Assembly: GCA_043228905.1 (NCBI GenBank)
Contig: JBHGNT010000015.1
Coordinates: forward strand, 18,104,001 to 18,168,000
DNA: 64,000 bases
Reading direction: 5' to 3'
Origin: Azolla caroliniana
Taxonomy: Eukaryota > Plantae > Polypodiophyta
Positions 23,876 through 36,600 of the stretch are shown piece by piece. Below the pieces are notes generated by a model that saw only the letters and a program-made list of their open reading frames with translations, did not search any database and had not been told where the DNA came from. Position 1 is the first letter of the stretch; each line of letters opens with the position of its first letter. Position numbers and translations under genes: made by a program.

Positions 23876-26800
23876 GCTTTCGGATGAATGCGTGATTCGA
23901 AGGAGGGAGGTTGTACCATGTACACCTCCTCTTCTAATTCTCCTTGAAGGAAAGCATTCTTGATATCCATCTTGTGGAGGTGCCACCCTTTCGCCGTTGC
24001 GAGTGCAATTACAATCCACACCATCGTCATCTTTGCCACCAGGGCAAAGGTCTCTTCATAGTCGATTCCATGTGTTCGTGCGTATCCTTTCGCTACAAGT
24101 CGAGCTTTGTAGCGGTTGACAGAGCCGTCAGCATTATACTTCACCTTGTAGATCCATATGCAGCCAATTGCCTTCTTGTGCGGTGAGTGGGGAAGAGATC
24201 CCATGTCTCGTTCTTGCGTAGTGCACACATCTCCTTGTTCATTGATTCGATCCATCGCGGGTCCTTCGCGGCTTCGGAAAAGGTTTCCGGCTCCCGAACT
24301 GTTGCTACCTTCATCATAAAGTTGTAATGGTATGCCATATAATCGTTGTAGCCGAATCGGCTTACGGGGTTCTTTTCACGGGTGGATCAGCGGAGCTTCT
24401 CGTTTGCGGATACTAGGGTTTTCTCCGCTCTATTTGTCCGGATCTCAAGGCCTTTGAACTCTCTATCGAGGGAGTGAGTCGATTCGTTGCCGTCGAAGTG
24501 ATTGTCTTCATACTTTGGCATTTTCGCCTTCCCTTTGTCTAGCTTCGGACTCGATCGAGATGTGCTTTGATCGCTCGGAGTCTCTTGTGGTCCATTCAGT
24601 CGGGTCGTGATCGAACTTTCTTCGAACATGCGCGTAAGACGATCTTCATCCTCTATCTCTTGTTCGGCGGATTAAGCGTCGAGCGGAATTGGAGTCGAAG
24701 TTGTCTCTTGTGCGTACCAGGATGCTGACTCATCAAAAACGACGTCTCGACTTATGCGAACTTTTAGAGTCGAGGGGTTGTAGCACTTGTACTCCTTTTG
24801 CTCCAGTGAGTATCCGATGAGGATACATTTCTCCGACTTCGGGTCGAGCTTTTGTCGCTTTTCGTCGGGGATGTGCACATATGCAATGGAGCCGAATATC
24901 CTAACATGCGATAGTTCCGACTTCTTTCTGAAAAACTTCTTGTGCGGCGTGAGTTCATGCACGCCGGATGTTGTACATCGATTCATGAGGTATACGGCCA
25001 TGTTAGCCGCTTCTACCTAGTACGACTTCAACACGTTGTCGTGAAGAAAACCGTCCCTTAGCGCAATCGGTGCATAGCGCGCGTGAACCGGCTCTTCACA
25101 CGTGCGCGCCCTTTAATGTATATAATAGAGAATTAGGTACAAAGGAATATCCTGGGTAGTTAGATTTGGTAGGTAGGAAGTTAATGAGGGAAACGGCTCC
25201 CCTCTTGAAGCTATAAAAGAGAGGGAGACGCGGGGAGACAGGGATTTTTTTTTTTTTGAGAAGAGGACGAAGTGCTGTCGGACCGAAACCGGACGCTTCT
25301 CCTCTGTTCATTCTCCGTCGCCCTTCTCTACAGGTTTTCGGGAGGCTTGCGCTGCTTCGAGGAACGTCCGTGTACTTTCGGCAGCACCTCCATCCTATCC
25401 CCTTTCGTGCGCGGACGAGCAGGCATCAGCATCTGTTCGCCGGCCTGTTCGGTTGTAACCGCTCGCGTGCTCTGTTGTTTATTTGTCATTCATTAATATA
25501 CAAACATTCATGTCTCTCTGTCTCTGTGTCCACTCGTGTCTTCTGCGTTGACAGAGCCGTGTCCCTGTGTTTCTTTGCTCATACGTAACCGAGCGTCTCT
25601 CTCTTTCTCTTTCCCCTTCTATCACCTGCTCTTTGGTTCAAGACCCCGGTGGTCCCGCCTCGTTTCTCCACGCACGCGCATAGTAACGCGACATCTTTAG
25701 TGAACCCGACGTGAACAAGGCGGCAGAGGAGTAGAAGATGAGGAGGTCGGATCTTGCAGAGGCCATGGCTTTGGCCGTGGACCGGATAGTGAGCGCGCGC
25801 GAGGGCACCGGTATTATAGATCTAAGTACTAAAGTAAGCTTAAGATAAGGATAAAGTAATGATAGATAGAAAGGAGAAAGAGAAAGAAGGGTGCCGATCC
25901 ACCCGACCACCCCCGAGCGAAGGGATCGAGACGGACTCGAGCCTCGATCGGCGTCCCATACCACCGCCGTGGCGTCGAGTCGTACCTGGTGCTGGCGCGC
26001 TCGCTACAAGAGTTGACCCACCACACGAGCAGAGTCTCGATGTAGTCAAAAGATGATCAAATGAGGGTAGCTAGGCCTCTTATTTATAGCGATACCCAAG
26101 GCCCCCAGGCAAGTTCACACTTGACCTAATGGGTTGTCTCAATCCCGAGGATTAAAAGTAATCCTCCCCTTCTTTACACTCTCGTTTAACCCTCACACTT
26201 ATCCACGTGTATAGAATACTACGGTAAATTATCACCACGGGATATTATATGGTCATGCCCGTAACATACTCCCCCTCTTTAAAACATTGCACTCTTGCAA
26301 TGGAAAGTTAGGGAAGTTAGTTCTAAGAGTATTTTCGCATTCCCATGTGGCATCTTTTATTGATTTATCCATCCATTTTATTTTAAATTCTCAGATTTCT
26401 TTAGTACATAATTTTTTTGTTTTAACATCGAGAATTCTTTCTGGTTCATGTGGTTTAGAAGACAATTCTTCAGAAGTAACCAGAGTTTCAGTCGTAACTG
26501 TATTGTCGCCAGAACCTAGAAGTTCTTTTAGACGACTCACATGAAAGACTGGATGAATTCTGACACCATCGGGAAGAGCGAGACGATAGTCTGATGACCC
26601 AATGCGTTTGAGGACTGTAAAAGGTCCACAAAACCGTGGGGCTAACATAGCGCACTTACCCGTAGACAATGTCTTAGAATTGTGAGGTACACGTAAAAAT
26701 ACCTTCTATCCAGGGTTGAATACACGAGGTTGCCTATGATGATCGACATAAAAACGCGCTCTATCTTGAGCTGTTTTTATATTATCTCGTGCAATATGCA

Positions 26801-27092
26801 ACATATCTTGCATATCTCGAAGAAAGTTTTGCGTACTTCGCAACGCATCATGATATATATTAACATCAATCGGGGCTCGTGGCTGAAAACCATACATCAA
26901 CATAAAAGGACTATATCCCGTCGACGTATGCTTGGAGCTGTTATAAGCAAACTCCAAAAATGGGAGATAACGTTCCCATTTTGTTGGTTTTGCACCAACG
27001 TATGCTCGAAGCATGTCCTCAATAATTTGATTTACTCATTCTGTCTGTCCATCGGATTGAGGATGATCCGTGGAGCTCATGCTCATGCTCAA

Positions 27093-27902
27093 CTTTCGGC
27101 TCCGGATCGTTGCGTGAGTCGGGTGGGAACCACCGAGGTCTTGGACTAGGAGAAAGAAGTTCGTGAGATAGAGATTAATTATGAGTAAATAGCAAAGAGA
27201 AAGATAAGAAACTCGTGAATCACACGAGTATACTATATTAATTGGTTCTTAGGGTGTTAAGAGAGAAGTAGATGTATAAATCGTGAATCCCACGAATAAT
27301 TTTTGTATTGATTAATACTTAATCCAAATAATCAACAACCCTTTATATATTTCTCTCCTCCTTATATAAGGAAGGAAGAGCTAAGCATGGCTTCATGCTT
27401 TTTTTTTTACAAAAAGTGTTCATGTCCACTAAATGTGCATGTGATGCTTTTTTTTATTTCCTAACGCTAGATGTGCATGAGTTATTTTTAGTGTCTCGTG
27501 TTTTTTCTTTTTCATATATTAAAAAAATACACGATTTACCTTTTAATAAAGGTATGCATAAATAAAGGTCTTATACGTATTAAATCTATATTTAAAACAC
27601 TTAAGATAAGTTAATGTAATGGTAAGGTTGGGGTTTGTCAACGTGGAGGTGCAGGGTTCGAATCACGCCTTGCGCAGTAGTGAGTATTTCCTTTTTTTTT
27701 TACATTTATGTCTCTTTATCCGGCTCTTCCTTGCCGGTATGCCGTTTTCTTCCTTGCCGGTATGCCGTTTTCCTCCTTGCCGGTATGCCGTTTTCCTCCT
27801 TTCCGGTATGCCGTTTTCTTCCGGTTCTCACCGAGCACTCCATTCTCTATCCGGAGGGACAAAAATATAATTTCCACATAGTGTGCAACCTACACTACGA
27901 CA
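27093..27902 (-). mobile_element. Solo LTR of the G family inserted in C integrase
   Basis: 27093-27157 is the reverse complement of G U5; ends CACTACGACA followed by ACGT; left terminus and TSD damaged; internal ~23-bp repeats 27720-27825. Confidence 0.88.
27605..27701 (+). promoter_or_regulatory. tRNA-like A box/B box cassette with oligo-T, antisense in LTR U3
   Basis: TAATGTAATGGT 27612, GGTTCGAATC 27655, T10 at 27692-27701. Confidence 0.6.
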
Positions 27903-28362
27903 ACGTAGTTTCTAACTTCTTAAAGACTTGTGTCTAGAAGTCACTAGTAAACTTTGGATCTCGATCACTCACGATATCCATCGGTAACCCATAAAAACGA
28001 AACAATTCGTCCACGAATTGGTAAGCCAATTCAGGAGTTGTTACCGTGGTTTTAGTAGCAATAAATCTGGCCATTTTAGTTAGTCGATCAACGACAACCC
28101 AGATGGCATCATGACCTTTTTGGGTGCGAGGAAGGCTAACAATAAAATCCATGGATATACTTTCCCACTTATTATTGGGAATGTCCAAGGGATGTAAAAG
28201 TCCTGCGGCTTTAAGTCGGTCGGCTTTGTTAACCTGACACTGGTGACATTTAGTCACATAGCTATGTATGTCAGGACGCATCTTAGGCCAATAAAATTGA
28301 GTGGAGATGAGAACGAGTGTACGATGTATTCTAGGGTGCCCTGCTGAGGGTGCATCATGGCA

Positions 28363-31300
28363 TTAAAAAAGAATCCTCTTTTTGACCTCGGGTAAATCTG
28401 GAACACAAACCTTCCCATTACGGTAGAGCAAACCGTTAGCAATGTGGAAGTATTCCTTCAAGGATGTGGTGGTGTCTGTTCCAGACTCAACTCTTGCCCA
28501 GTATTTTGCGAAATAATTGTCATCAGGATACTTTCCTCGAAGGTGATCATAAAGGTCTGATGATATTTCAGTGAAGCTAAGCGTGTTAACTTCACGGATG
28601 CGACTTAGTGCATCAGCGACAGTGTTCATGGAACCTTTACGATATCGTATGGAAAAATCAAAGTCCTGGATGAGATCAGCCCATCGTGCCTTACGACCTT
28701 TCAGGTCTTGTTGGTCACAAAAATATTTCAAGGACTCGTGGTCCGTAGTTACCACAAAGTGATTTCCATAAAGATAATGGCACCATGTTTTGAGCGCATG
28801 TATAACTGCAAATAATTCCTTTTCTTGAACGGTATACCGACATTGAGTAGAATCAAGTTTCTTACTCTCGAATGCTATTGGTTTACCACCTTGATACAAG
28901 ACAGCACCTATAGCATAATCGCTTGCATCGGTTTCAACCTCAAAAGGTTCTGAAGGATCGGGTAAAAGAAGTGAAGGAGCCTTACATACCAGGTCCTTGA
29001 GTTCCTTAAAGGTGAGGTCTAGTGTAGCATTCCAGACAATAGGTTTTGTAGACTTACGCGTTTGACCTTTTAGAATATCAGTAAACGGCGTCATCAATTG
29101 GGAGTAATTACGAAGAGACTTTCGCAAAAACCCGACAAAACCAAGGAATGATCGAACTTCTCGAATATTCCGAAGATTGGGCCAAAGCTTGATTTTCTCA
29201 ATGCAAGAAGGATCAATTTCAACTCCTCGTTCGGTTATGAGATGTCCTAGATAAGTAATTGATTTCTTAAAGAACTCACATTTTGAGATCTTTGCATAAA
29301 ACTGTTTGTCACGCAATGTTTGTAAAACAAAGCGGACATGTCTAGCATGTTCTTGTAATGTACGACTATAAACTAAAATATCATCCAAGAAAATAACGAC
29401 AAATTTTCCAAGTTGTTCTCGGAAAATGTCATTCATTTCTTGTTGAAAAGTAGCCGGAGCATTGGTCAAACCAAAAGGCATAACCAAAAACTCATAATGG
29501 CCATAGCGCGTACGAAACGCCGTTTTAGGAACATCGTCCTCACTTATTCGTATTTGATGGTAGCCAGTACGGAGATCAAGTTTCGTAAAATACCGAGTTC
29601 CTTGGAGACGATCAATTAGATCGTCAGCCCGGGACAATGGGTACGAATTCTTGATCGTCACTTTATTCAAGCATCGGTAATTAATACACATACGCCATGT
29701 GCCCTCTTTCTTTTTAACCAAGAGAACTGGTGCACCCCATGGAGATTTACTATAACGTATATAACCCATTCGTAAATAGTCCTTGAGTTGCTTAGATACC
29801 TCATCTTCTTCGGATTGACTTAAGCGATACAGAGGTATACTTATTGGTGCAACACCAGGTACAATATCTATACGATGGTCTATATTACGTTTAGGAGGTA
29901 ACCCATCAGGTAGTTCACTTGGAAAAACATCATGAAAATCATTTAAGATTTCATCAAGTTGTTGTTCAAAATATGATAATTGAACCGGGACATTATCGAT
30001 ATTGTAAACGTGAATGTCCGGATCAAGTACACAATAAAATAACGTAGAACAAGACAACTCGGATATTGATGGACACCAGGAAACAATCGAGAGGGATTGT
30101 TTTTTTACACATTGAATAAAATGCGTACAATCGTTCAGTACAAAAGAAATGGAATGGCGAACCCAATCAATAAATAAAGAAGAGTTTTTATTATAAAACC
30201 AGGGATAACCCAGTATTACATCGGTGGTACAAAGATTCATTACATGGAAGTCTACTTCATCTATATAAGTATCAATAGAAATTCCTAATGAATGAATCGC
30301 CCCGTTGATGTATTGTACTCTTCCATCAGCCAAGTGCACCGTGTAGGTGTGATCACTTACGGTGGGTTGGATTCCCCATATCTGAACCAAACGATCATTC
30401 ACAAAATTGTGTGAGCTTCCCGAATCAAATAAAAATTGTACGGGAGATCCATTGATATACCTGTTTGCACGTAGTAAATCATTGGGACCCAATACATAGT
30501 GAGGGAAAGAACATTGACAATTACTTAAATGATGTGTATAGACCTGAAGGACATTAGGAATCTGACCTTTATGGTCTGCAACTTTAGCTTTGTTGTCGTG
30601 CTCTTTCCGTTGGAGCTTTCGACATTGATCTTTTGTATGACCCTTCTTTTTGCAGAATACACAAAAAGGATGTTGTCGCTTACAATCGCGATCCAGGAAT
30701 TCGTTGGGTGTCTTGCGTTTCCCAACAAATTGTGACTGCTTAGTCCCGGGCGCTTCGTTGGGTTTGTTATGGTCCTTCTTCGAAGTGCGTTGATAGCGAA
30801 GAACTATTTCAACGGCCTCTTCAAAGGATTTTGGATCCTTATCGTGCACTATCCAGTGATAGCCCGAATTGGGGATGCCATTGACAAAACAAGCTATCAA
30901 CCAATTGTCCCCTTCTAGACCCGATTTTTGGATTTGGGTTCTAGCATGGTGAACATAGTCTTCTAGCGTGGAAAATTTCCTGCTAGAGAGGTTCATTAAA
31001 GCTTGTGCTGCCTTTGTTCGAGAGGGAGGTTGTAGAAATTGGCCCTTAAAAACCGTGACAAAATCTGTCCAGGTATCGGGCAATTTCCCCATAGTACGGA
31101 GCCCACGCCACCAGGCGGCGGCCTTACCCCCGAGTTCTCGGCCGACATATGCAATCTTCGTACTATTTGGCGTGGGATAGAGCTCAAAATGAGACTCCCA
31201 TCGTCCCAACCATGTGCAGATTGCTTCTTCGGTTCTTTCCTTTTTGTCTCTCGTAAATGGCTTAGCGACAAATGATGGTTCACCTTGTCGCTCATCAGGT

Positions 31301-31500
31301 CTATTAGTCTCACGTTGTAGACTAATGACACGTGCCTCAAGAGCACTCTGAGATTGCCGAAGTTCGGTCATCTGTTGAGCGGTGAAACTAAGGTATTGGG
31401 TTATTTGTGCCAAATACATCTCAGTGGACATTTGTCCAGGAGGATTCCCTTGAGTTCCTTCCGCTTGAGCGGATGACATGGGGTCGTTAATTTGAGCCAT
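28363..31500 (-). CDS. Element C Gag-PR-RT-RNase H polyprotein (1045 aa, frameshifted before integrase)
   Basis: [60 protein letters not shown]. Confidence 0.93.
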   Translation of the reverse strand: MAQINDPMSSAQAEGTQGNPPGQMSTEMYLAQITQYLSFTAQQMTELRQSQSALEARVISLQRETNRPDERQGEPSFVAKPFTRDKKERTEEAICTWLGRWESHFELYPTPNSTKIAYVGRELGGKAAAWWRGLRTMGKLPDTWTDFVTVFKGQFLQPPSRTKAAQALMNLSSRKFSTLEDYVHHARTQIQKSGLEGDNWLIACFVNGIPNSGYHWIVHDKDPKSFEEAVEIVLRYQRTSKKDHNKPNEAPGTKQSQFVGKRKTPNEFLDRDCKRQHPFCVFCKKKGHTKDQCRKLQRKEHDNKAKVADHKGQIPNVLQVYTHHLSNCQCSFPHYVLGPNDLLRANRYINGSPVQFLFDSGSSHNFVNDRLVQIWGIQPTVSDHTYTVHLADGRVQYINGAIHSLGISIDTYIDEVDFHVMNLCTTDVILGYPWFYNKNSSLFIDWVRHSISFVLNDCTHFIQCVKKQSLSIVSWCPSISELSCSTLFYCVLDPDIHVYNIDNVPVQLSYFEQQLDEILNDFHDVFPSELPDGLPPKRNIDHRIDIVPGVAPISIPLYRLSQSEEDEVSKQLKDYLRMGYIRYSKSPWGAPVLLVKKKEGTWRMCINYRCLNKVTIKNSYPLSRADDLIDRLQGTRYFTKLDLRTGYHQIRISEDDVPKTAFRTRYGHYEFLVMPFGLTNAPATFQQEMNDIFREQLGKFVVIFLDDILVYSRTLQEHARHVRFVLQTLRDKQFYAKISKCEFFKKSITYLGHLITERGVEIDPSCIEKIKLWPNLRNIREVRSFLGFVGFLRKSLRNYSQLMTPFTDILKGQTRKSTKPIVWNATLDLTFKELKDLVCKAPSLLLPDPSEPFEVETDASDYAIGAVLYQGGKPIAFESKKLDSTQCRYTVQEKELFAVIHALKTWCHYLYGNHFVVTTDHESLKYFCDQQDLKGRKARWADLIQDFDFSIRYRKGSMNTVADALSRIREVNTLSFTEISSDLYDHLRGKYPDDNYFAKYWARVESGTDTTTSLKEYFHIANGLLYRNGKVCVPDLPEVKKRILF

Positions 31501-33640
31501 TAAAGATTATTTCTGGAAAAGAAATAGGACAAGGTCAGAGATATAGTCATAACATCATGTCGTGATGTAAACATATCATGGGCGAGCATTAATTGATATC
31601 ATTATCTCACGTCAATACCCCTCTAGACGTATGAGATGAGGTTCAAGATCAGGTTACTATGGTAACACAAAGGTGTTTTAAAAACCATGGGGGTGACAAA
31701 TAAATGTCTTTCCCTGATCTCTATATCGATTTTTTCATGGTGGCTCCCTGAGGCTCAACCATGTATGTTCGCGTCATGAATTGTTTATACACGAAAAAAA
31801 TGTTAATAATAAACTATGTTTCGGTGCCCACATATGTGGTTTCGGCTCTTTAAGTCCTATTACGAGGACCCCGAGGTGCACTTAGACCTTAAGTCTAAAC
31901 ATGTGTTATAGTCATATGTATCAAGGATGTTGTATGGTGTTGGTCATATTTGAACTCGAGACCTCGAGAACAAATACATTAAACACTTGAGCCAACCAAG
32001 TAAGTTGCTCTTCTCGAATGGTTAATGTTTGATGCGTATAAGAGATATGCGAGGCAATTGATCATATATGTTTTTTTTTTAAAAGAACATATATGTCAAG
32101 GGTCCTTATTTCGCCCTCATTTACCAAAACTATGTTGGTACGTTACCTAACCTCAAGTCTCGTAATTATGATGACATACGCCAAAGTGCAACCTAATGGT
32201 CAAGCCAAATGAGCCCTTGTTTCGTAGTAGGCTCACGTGGGCCATCACATGGTCACGTCATTACGAATGCCTCTCGTAAGAACAAGCTCATGGTGGCATC
32301 GTATCCATGTAACGAGGGAGGGATGTTGGATACTTGCGTCATTGGAGCGACCTCAGTTGAAGTGGGTCAAGCCCTACGTACTCAACATCATTTTGGCTAT
32401 TGGCGTTTCATTACGTAACGAAATCGAGGTCGTCAACGGGGTTATCAACAATAAAAAAATGTTGAAAAAGGGATGGTGACAACGCCATTCTCACAAAAAT
32501 GTGAGGACGGCCACCAACATCCTTTTCCCGACAAGGACAACTTTCGATATAATCACGTAATAACGAATATACACATATGTTTACTTATCACATATATACG
32601 ATCAAATACGTATATATGTGACCACATATGCCTATATTAAACATATCGTTATATTAAATAGCCACAAATGATGTGATCGAGATACGTAATCGAGGTATAT
32701 ACCTCTACGCACACGAAACATCCACAAATAAGAGATCATCGTAATACGCAATTGAGGTATTGACCTCTTACGCATACGAGACCAACCGCATATCGTTTAC
32801 AACAAATCAACAACTCATACGCAAACGTAACATATGTTCGTGAACGTAATACGTAATTGAGGTATTAACCTCGTACGCATACGACACTCATCACATATTA
32901 TTAATATGTCAAACGAGGTATTGACCTCGTGCACATATGTAAACGTTTTAGATAATCAATTAAAGACCACTACAACATCATTGACTTAATGAAAAAAATT
33001 ACATATAAACTAAACACATGATTAGATGGGAGAAGAGAGAATAGAAAGAAAAATTATGGAAAGAGTTACCGAAGTTCTTTGTTGATCGTTGTCTGGATCA
33101 AGGCCGACCGCACATCGATCGATCAGCATCAATCAAAAGACAAATGAAAAACAAAGAAACATTAGTACGTAAATCTGATACCAAATATTATAGATCTAAG
33201 TACTAAAGTAAGCTTAAGATAAGGATAAAGTAATGATAGATAGAAAGGAGAAAGAGAAAGAAGGGTGCCGATCCACCCGACCACCCCCGAGCGAAGGGAT
33301 CGAGACGGACTCGAACCTCGATCGGCGTCCCATACCACCGCCGTGACGTCGAGTTGTACCTGGTGCTGGCACACTCGCTACAAGAGTTGACCCACCACAC
33401 GAGCAGAGTCTCGATTTAGTCAAAAGATGATCAAATGAGGGTAGCTAGGCCTCTTATTTATAGCGATACCCAAGGCCCCCAGGCAAGTTCACACTTGACC
33501 TAATGGGTTGTCTCAATCCCGAGGATTAAAAGTAATCCTCCCCTTCTTTACACTCTCGTTTAACCCTCACACTTATCCACGTGTATAGAATACTACGGTA
33601 AATTCTTACCACGGGATATTATATGGTCATGCCCGTAACA

Positions 33641-36600
33641 ACCGGCGCCCTTGACAGGGCTATTGAGGCGATCATTGGTATGATCGGCCGGTTCAGTGGA
33701 AAGGATGCCACGAGTTATTTGGCGTCCTACCGGGCGGAGATGTTGATGAGGGATATTCTGGAAGAGAGGTGTCTTGCCGGATTCCCTCGAGTGGCGATGC
33801 CGGGCATCCATGTGGAGGTGCTCGAGGTCCGGGCGGAGAGCCGGACCTGGGAGGAGTTCGAAGGACGGCTCCTGGAGAAATACGGGTTGGATGACGCACT
33901 TCGACTTTTGAAGCGGAGCTTCATGGAGTGGGTGGAGTCCCCCAACAAAGGAAGAAATGCGTCGGTACTCCTTCGGGAGTTTGAGGAACGCTTTGCGCGC
34001 CTTTCGGCGCTCGATCAGACCGTTCTGGACACAAGTCGTGTCCTACTGTTTGTCAAATCGGTTGACGCACGGGATCGGGAGAAAGTGGGCTCCTTACTGG
34101 AAACCGAAGACGGGCTGACGGCCGACTGGGCCGCGGTAAAAAGAGTCTGCGGCCGTTTTGACAAACGGTGGGAGTGGGCTGATACAGGGGCGACCGGGGC
34201 GGGTCCTGTAGCAGCAAGAAAGCTCGAACCGATACCACAGGCGCGAAGGGAAGAGACCCGGGAGTGGCTCGAAACCTGTTCAGCTTCGACCAGCGTGGTC
34301 AGAGGCTCGTCCGGGGGAACAACTTTGGAAGAGTTGACACGGGCGGTAAAGGATCTCCAGATCGCCCAGGCTCGGAGAGAAGGTGGCGAACAGACTCGTG
34401 ACCGACGGCCTCCGGTAGGAAATAGGTGCATGTGGTGCGACGAGGTCGGCCACATCCGGAAAGACTGCGGGGACTTTGCGGAGGCTTTGAGAAGCCGGGT
34501 AGTGTACCTGTGGGAAGGCCGGGTGCACGCCAGCGATACCCGGAGGGCCCTGAACCGAAACGACGGGCGAGGAGGAATGAAAAGGCTGAAGGAAGAGGCT
34601 GTCGACGGAGACAGAACCGGAAAGGGCGGTGGAGGTGCGGACGACGCACATAGAGGACATGGCGCTGGAAGACGAGTGGGCGGAGAGCCACTATTCGAGG
34701 CCACACTGGGCCCGAGCGACCACGGAAACCCCGGTGAAGATCGGAGATGTTTAGGAACCGGTGGTGGCGCTGGTGGACCACGGTTCGGAAATAAACCTGA
34801 TGTCCATGGACTTCTACAAGAAGGGGAAATGGCCGATCAACACCAAGCACGGGTGGAAGATACGGGCGGCGACACGTGCCACCGAGGAACTACACGGGGC
34901 CTGCCCAAACGTACGAGTCAAGATCGGGAACATCGAGATAGACCAACACTTCTTTGTGGAGGAGACGTCCTCGCACGCGGTCATACTGGGAGAACCGTAC
35001 ATTACGACAACACGAATGGAGACCAAGGTGCTGGACAACGGGTCGGCTTACGCGAGGGTCAAGAGTCAGGACGGGCGTCATTCGGTCCAGTTCTTGACGG
35101 TGCGATCGAACCACGAACGAAACCGCGAGTCCCTCGGTGGCGAGAACCGAGAGGATTTTTAGAGAGTGCTGTCAAGGCGTGGGGTCGCGAAAGTCCGGAC
35201 ACTCTGGGAAAACCCCACAAATGTACGATAGAGGCGAAACTGAAGAAACCTTGTACCATAAGTAGGAAGTTTTGTTTCTCCGACAACGGAGGGTGTACGA
35301 TAATTGACGTCGTTGGCCGAGAAAAGACAAGGGCGGAAGAGCGACTTCGGGCGTGCGGAGTTCTCGGGCCTAGCGAGGAAATCAACGGAGCTGTGGAGGC
35401 GGTCTCCTTCGACGATACCTTGGGAATACTGCGAGAGGTGGTCGGAGAAGGCCTTAAAGAGGACCGGACGATACCTGTTTGTTCAGAAGAGATGTACGAA
35501 GTCATCGCGGACTTCAGTTGAGGGCTCGAGTCAGATCGGACGGCCCGGGTTAACACGAAGTACAAGACTGTGGACCGGAAGGTAAGGCCGGTCGCGGCAC
35601 CCTTACTGGAGGGCAGCAAGTTGCGAATCAAGGGGGTCGCGTCGGACCCCAGTTTACGAGATCCGGCCTACATAGGACACACCTTCACCGACAGAACGCT
35701 ACGGGAGCTCAAAATCGGTGGGGGTGGGTTCCTACTGCCGGCGGAAGAAGACCGGTTTCGGAGAATGCTCGGAAGGCACGGGAAAGCCTTCGCATTCTCA
35801 CTGGAAGAGATCGGGTGCGTAGACCCGACAGTCGTGAAACCGATGGTGATATTCACGGTACCGCATGTGCCGTGGAATCTCAAACCAATTCCGGTACTGA
35901 GAGCTCACATCCCGGAGCTGATGGAGCTGTTGAGGCAGAAAGTCGGTATGGGCATCCTCGAACCGTCGAGTGCCCCGTACTCGAACCGGTGGTTTACCGT
36001 ACTGAAGAAGAATGGGACGTTGCGCTTCATTCAAGACCTGCAACCGATCAACAGAATGACCATTCGGAATGCAAGAATCGGACCAACGATAGACGAGTTC
36101 ACGGAGGCCTTCGCCGGAAGGTCGATCTACTCGGTCGGTGATCTGTACTCGGGGTACGATCAGTTCCAACTAGCCGTGGAGAGCAGAGACATTACGACGA
36201 TGCAGACTCCTCTCGGCCTAGTGCGGATGTGTACCCTGCCACAAGGAGGGACGAACTCGGTGGCCCACATGTGATTGCGATGAACAAGGTGCTGAGGGAT
36301 TGTATCCCGGACATCACCATGCCATTCTTGGACGACATTCCAATCAAGGGATGTCCGGTGGAGGAAAAGGACGAAACGATCGGACCGGACGGATGCCGGA
36401 AATTCGTGGCGACACACATTGACGACTACGAGAGGGTGCTGCAGAGGCTAGAGGACGCGAGGCTCACCTTCTCCGGGGAGAAATCTGGCTTCGGGCAATC
36501 AGAAATCATGGTCGTCGGACATCTATGCGGACCGTATGGCCGGAAACCGTCTCTGGCTAAGGTGGAAGCCATCTCCGCAATGAAGCCCGACTGTAACTCG

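Larger units (their letters stand above)
26280..28362 (-). pseudogene. Element C integrase plus chromodomain, disrupted
   Basis: CHQC, WESISMDF, SDRDPKF, HPQSDGQTE, EFAYN, RFCGPF, HPVFHVS, PERIL...IKW...ATWE; stops and solo LTR insertion. Confidence 0.92.
25812..33640 (-). mobile_element. Ty3/Gypsy chromovirus element C
   Basis: 455-bp LTRs 33186-33640 and 25812-26266, TSD ACCGG, PBS TGGTATCAGA (minus, 33174-33183), PPT AAAGAGGGGGAGTA (minus) 26267-26280. Confidence 0.95.

Noticed and set aside
25635-25655. GGTTCAAGACC / GGTTCGAGGCC B-box-like motif in A/B U5
   Set aside because: No A box upstream, and relatives (G, 19249 solo LTR) keep the hairpin but lose GTTC, so it is more likely a U5 stem-loop
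32683-32935. Repeat-spacer pattern suggestive of CRISPR
   Set aside because: Only four degenerate units, irregular spacers, no cas genes, inside a eukaryotic retroelement leader
33623-35521. 632-aa ORF as a novel protein
   Set aside because: Chimera of C LTR end, B gag, out-of-frame sequence after the 536-bp deletion, and pol start
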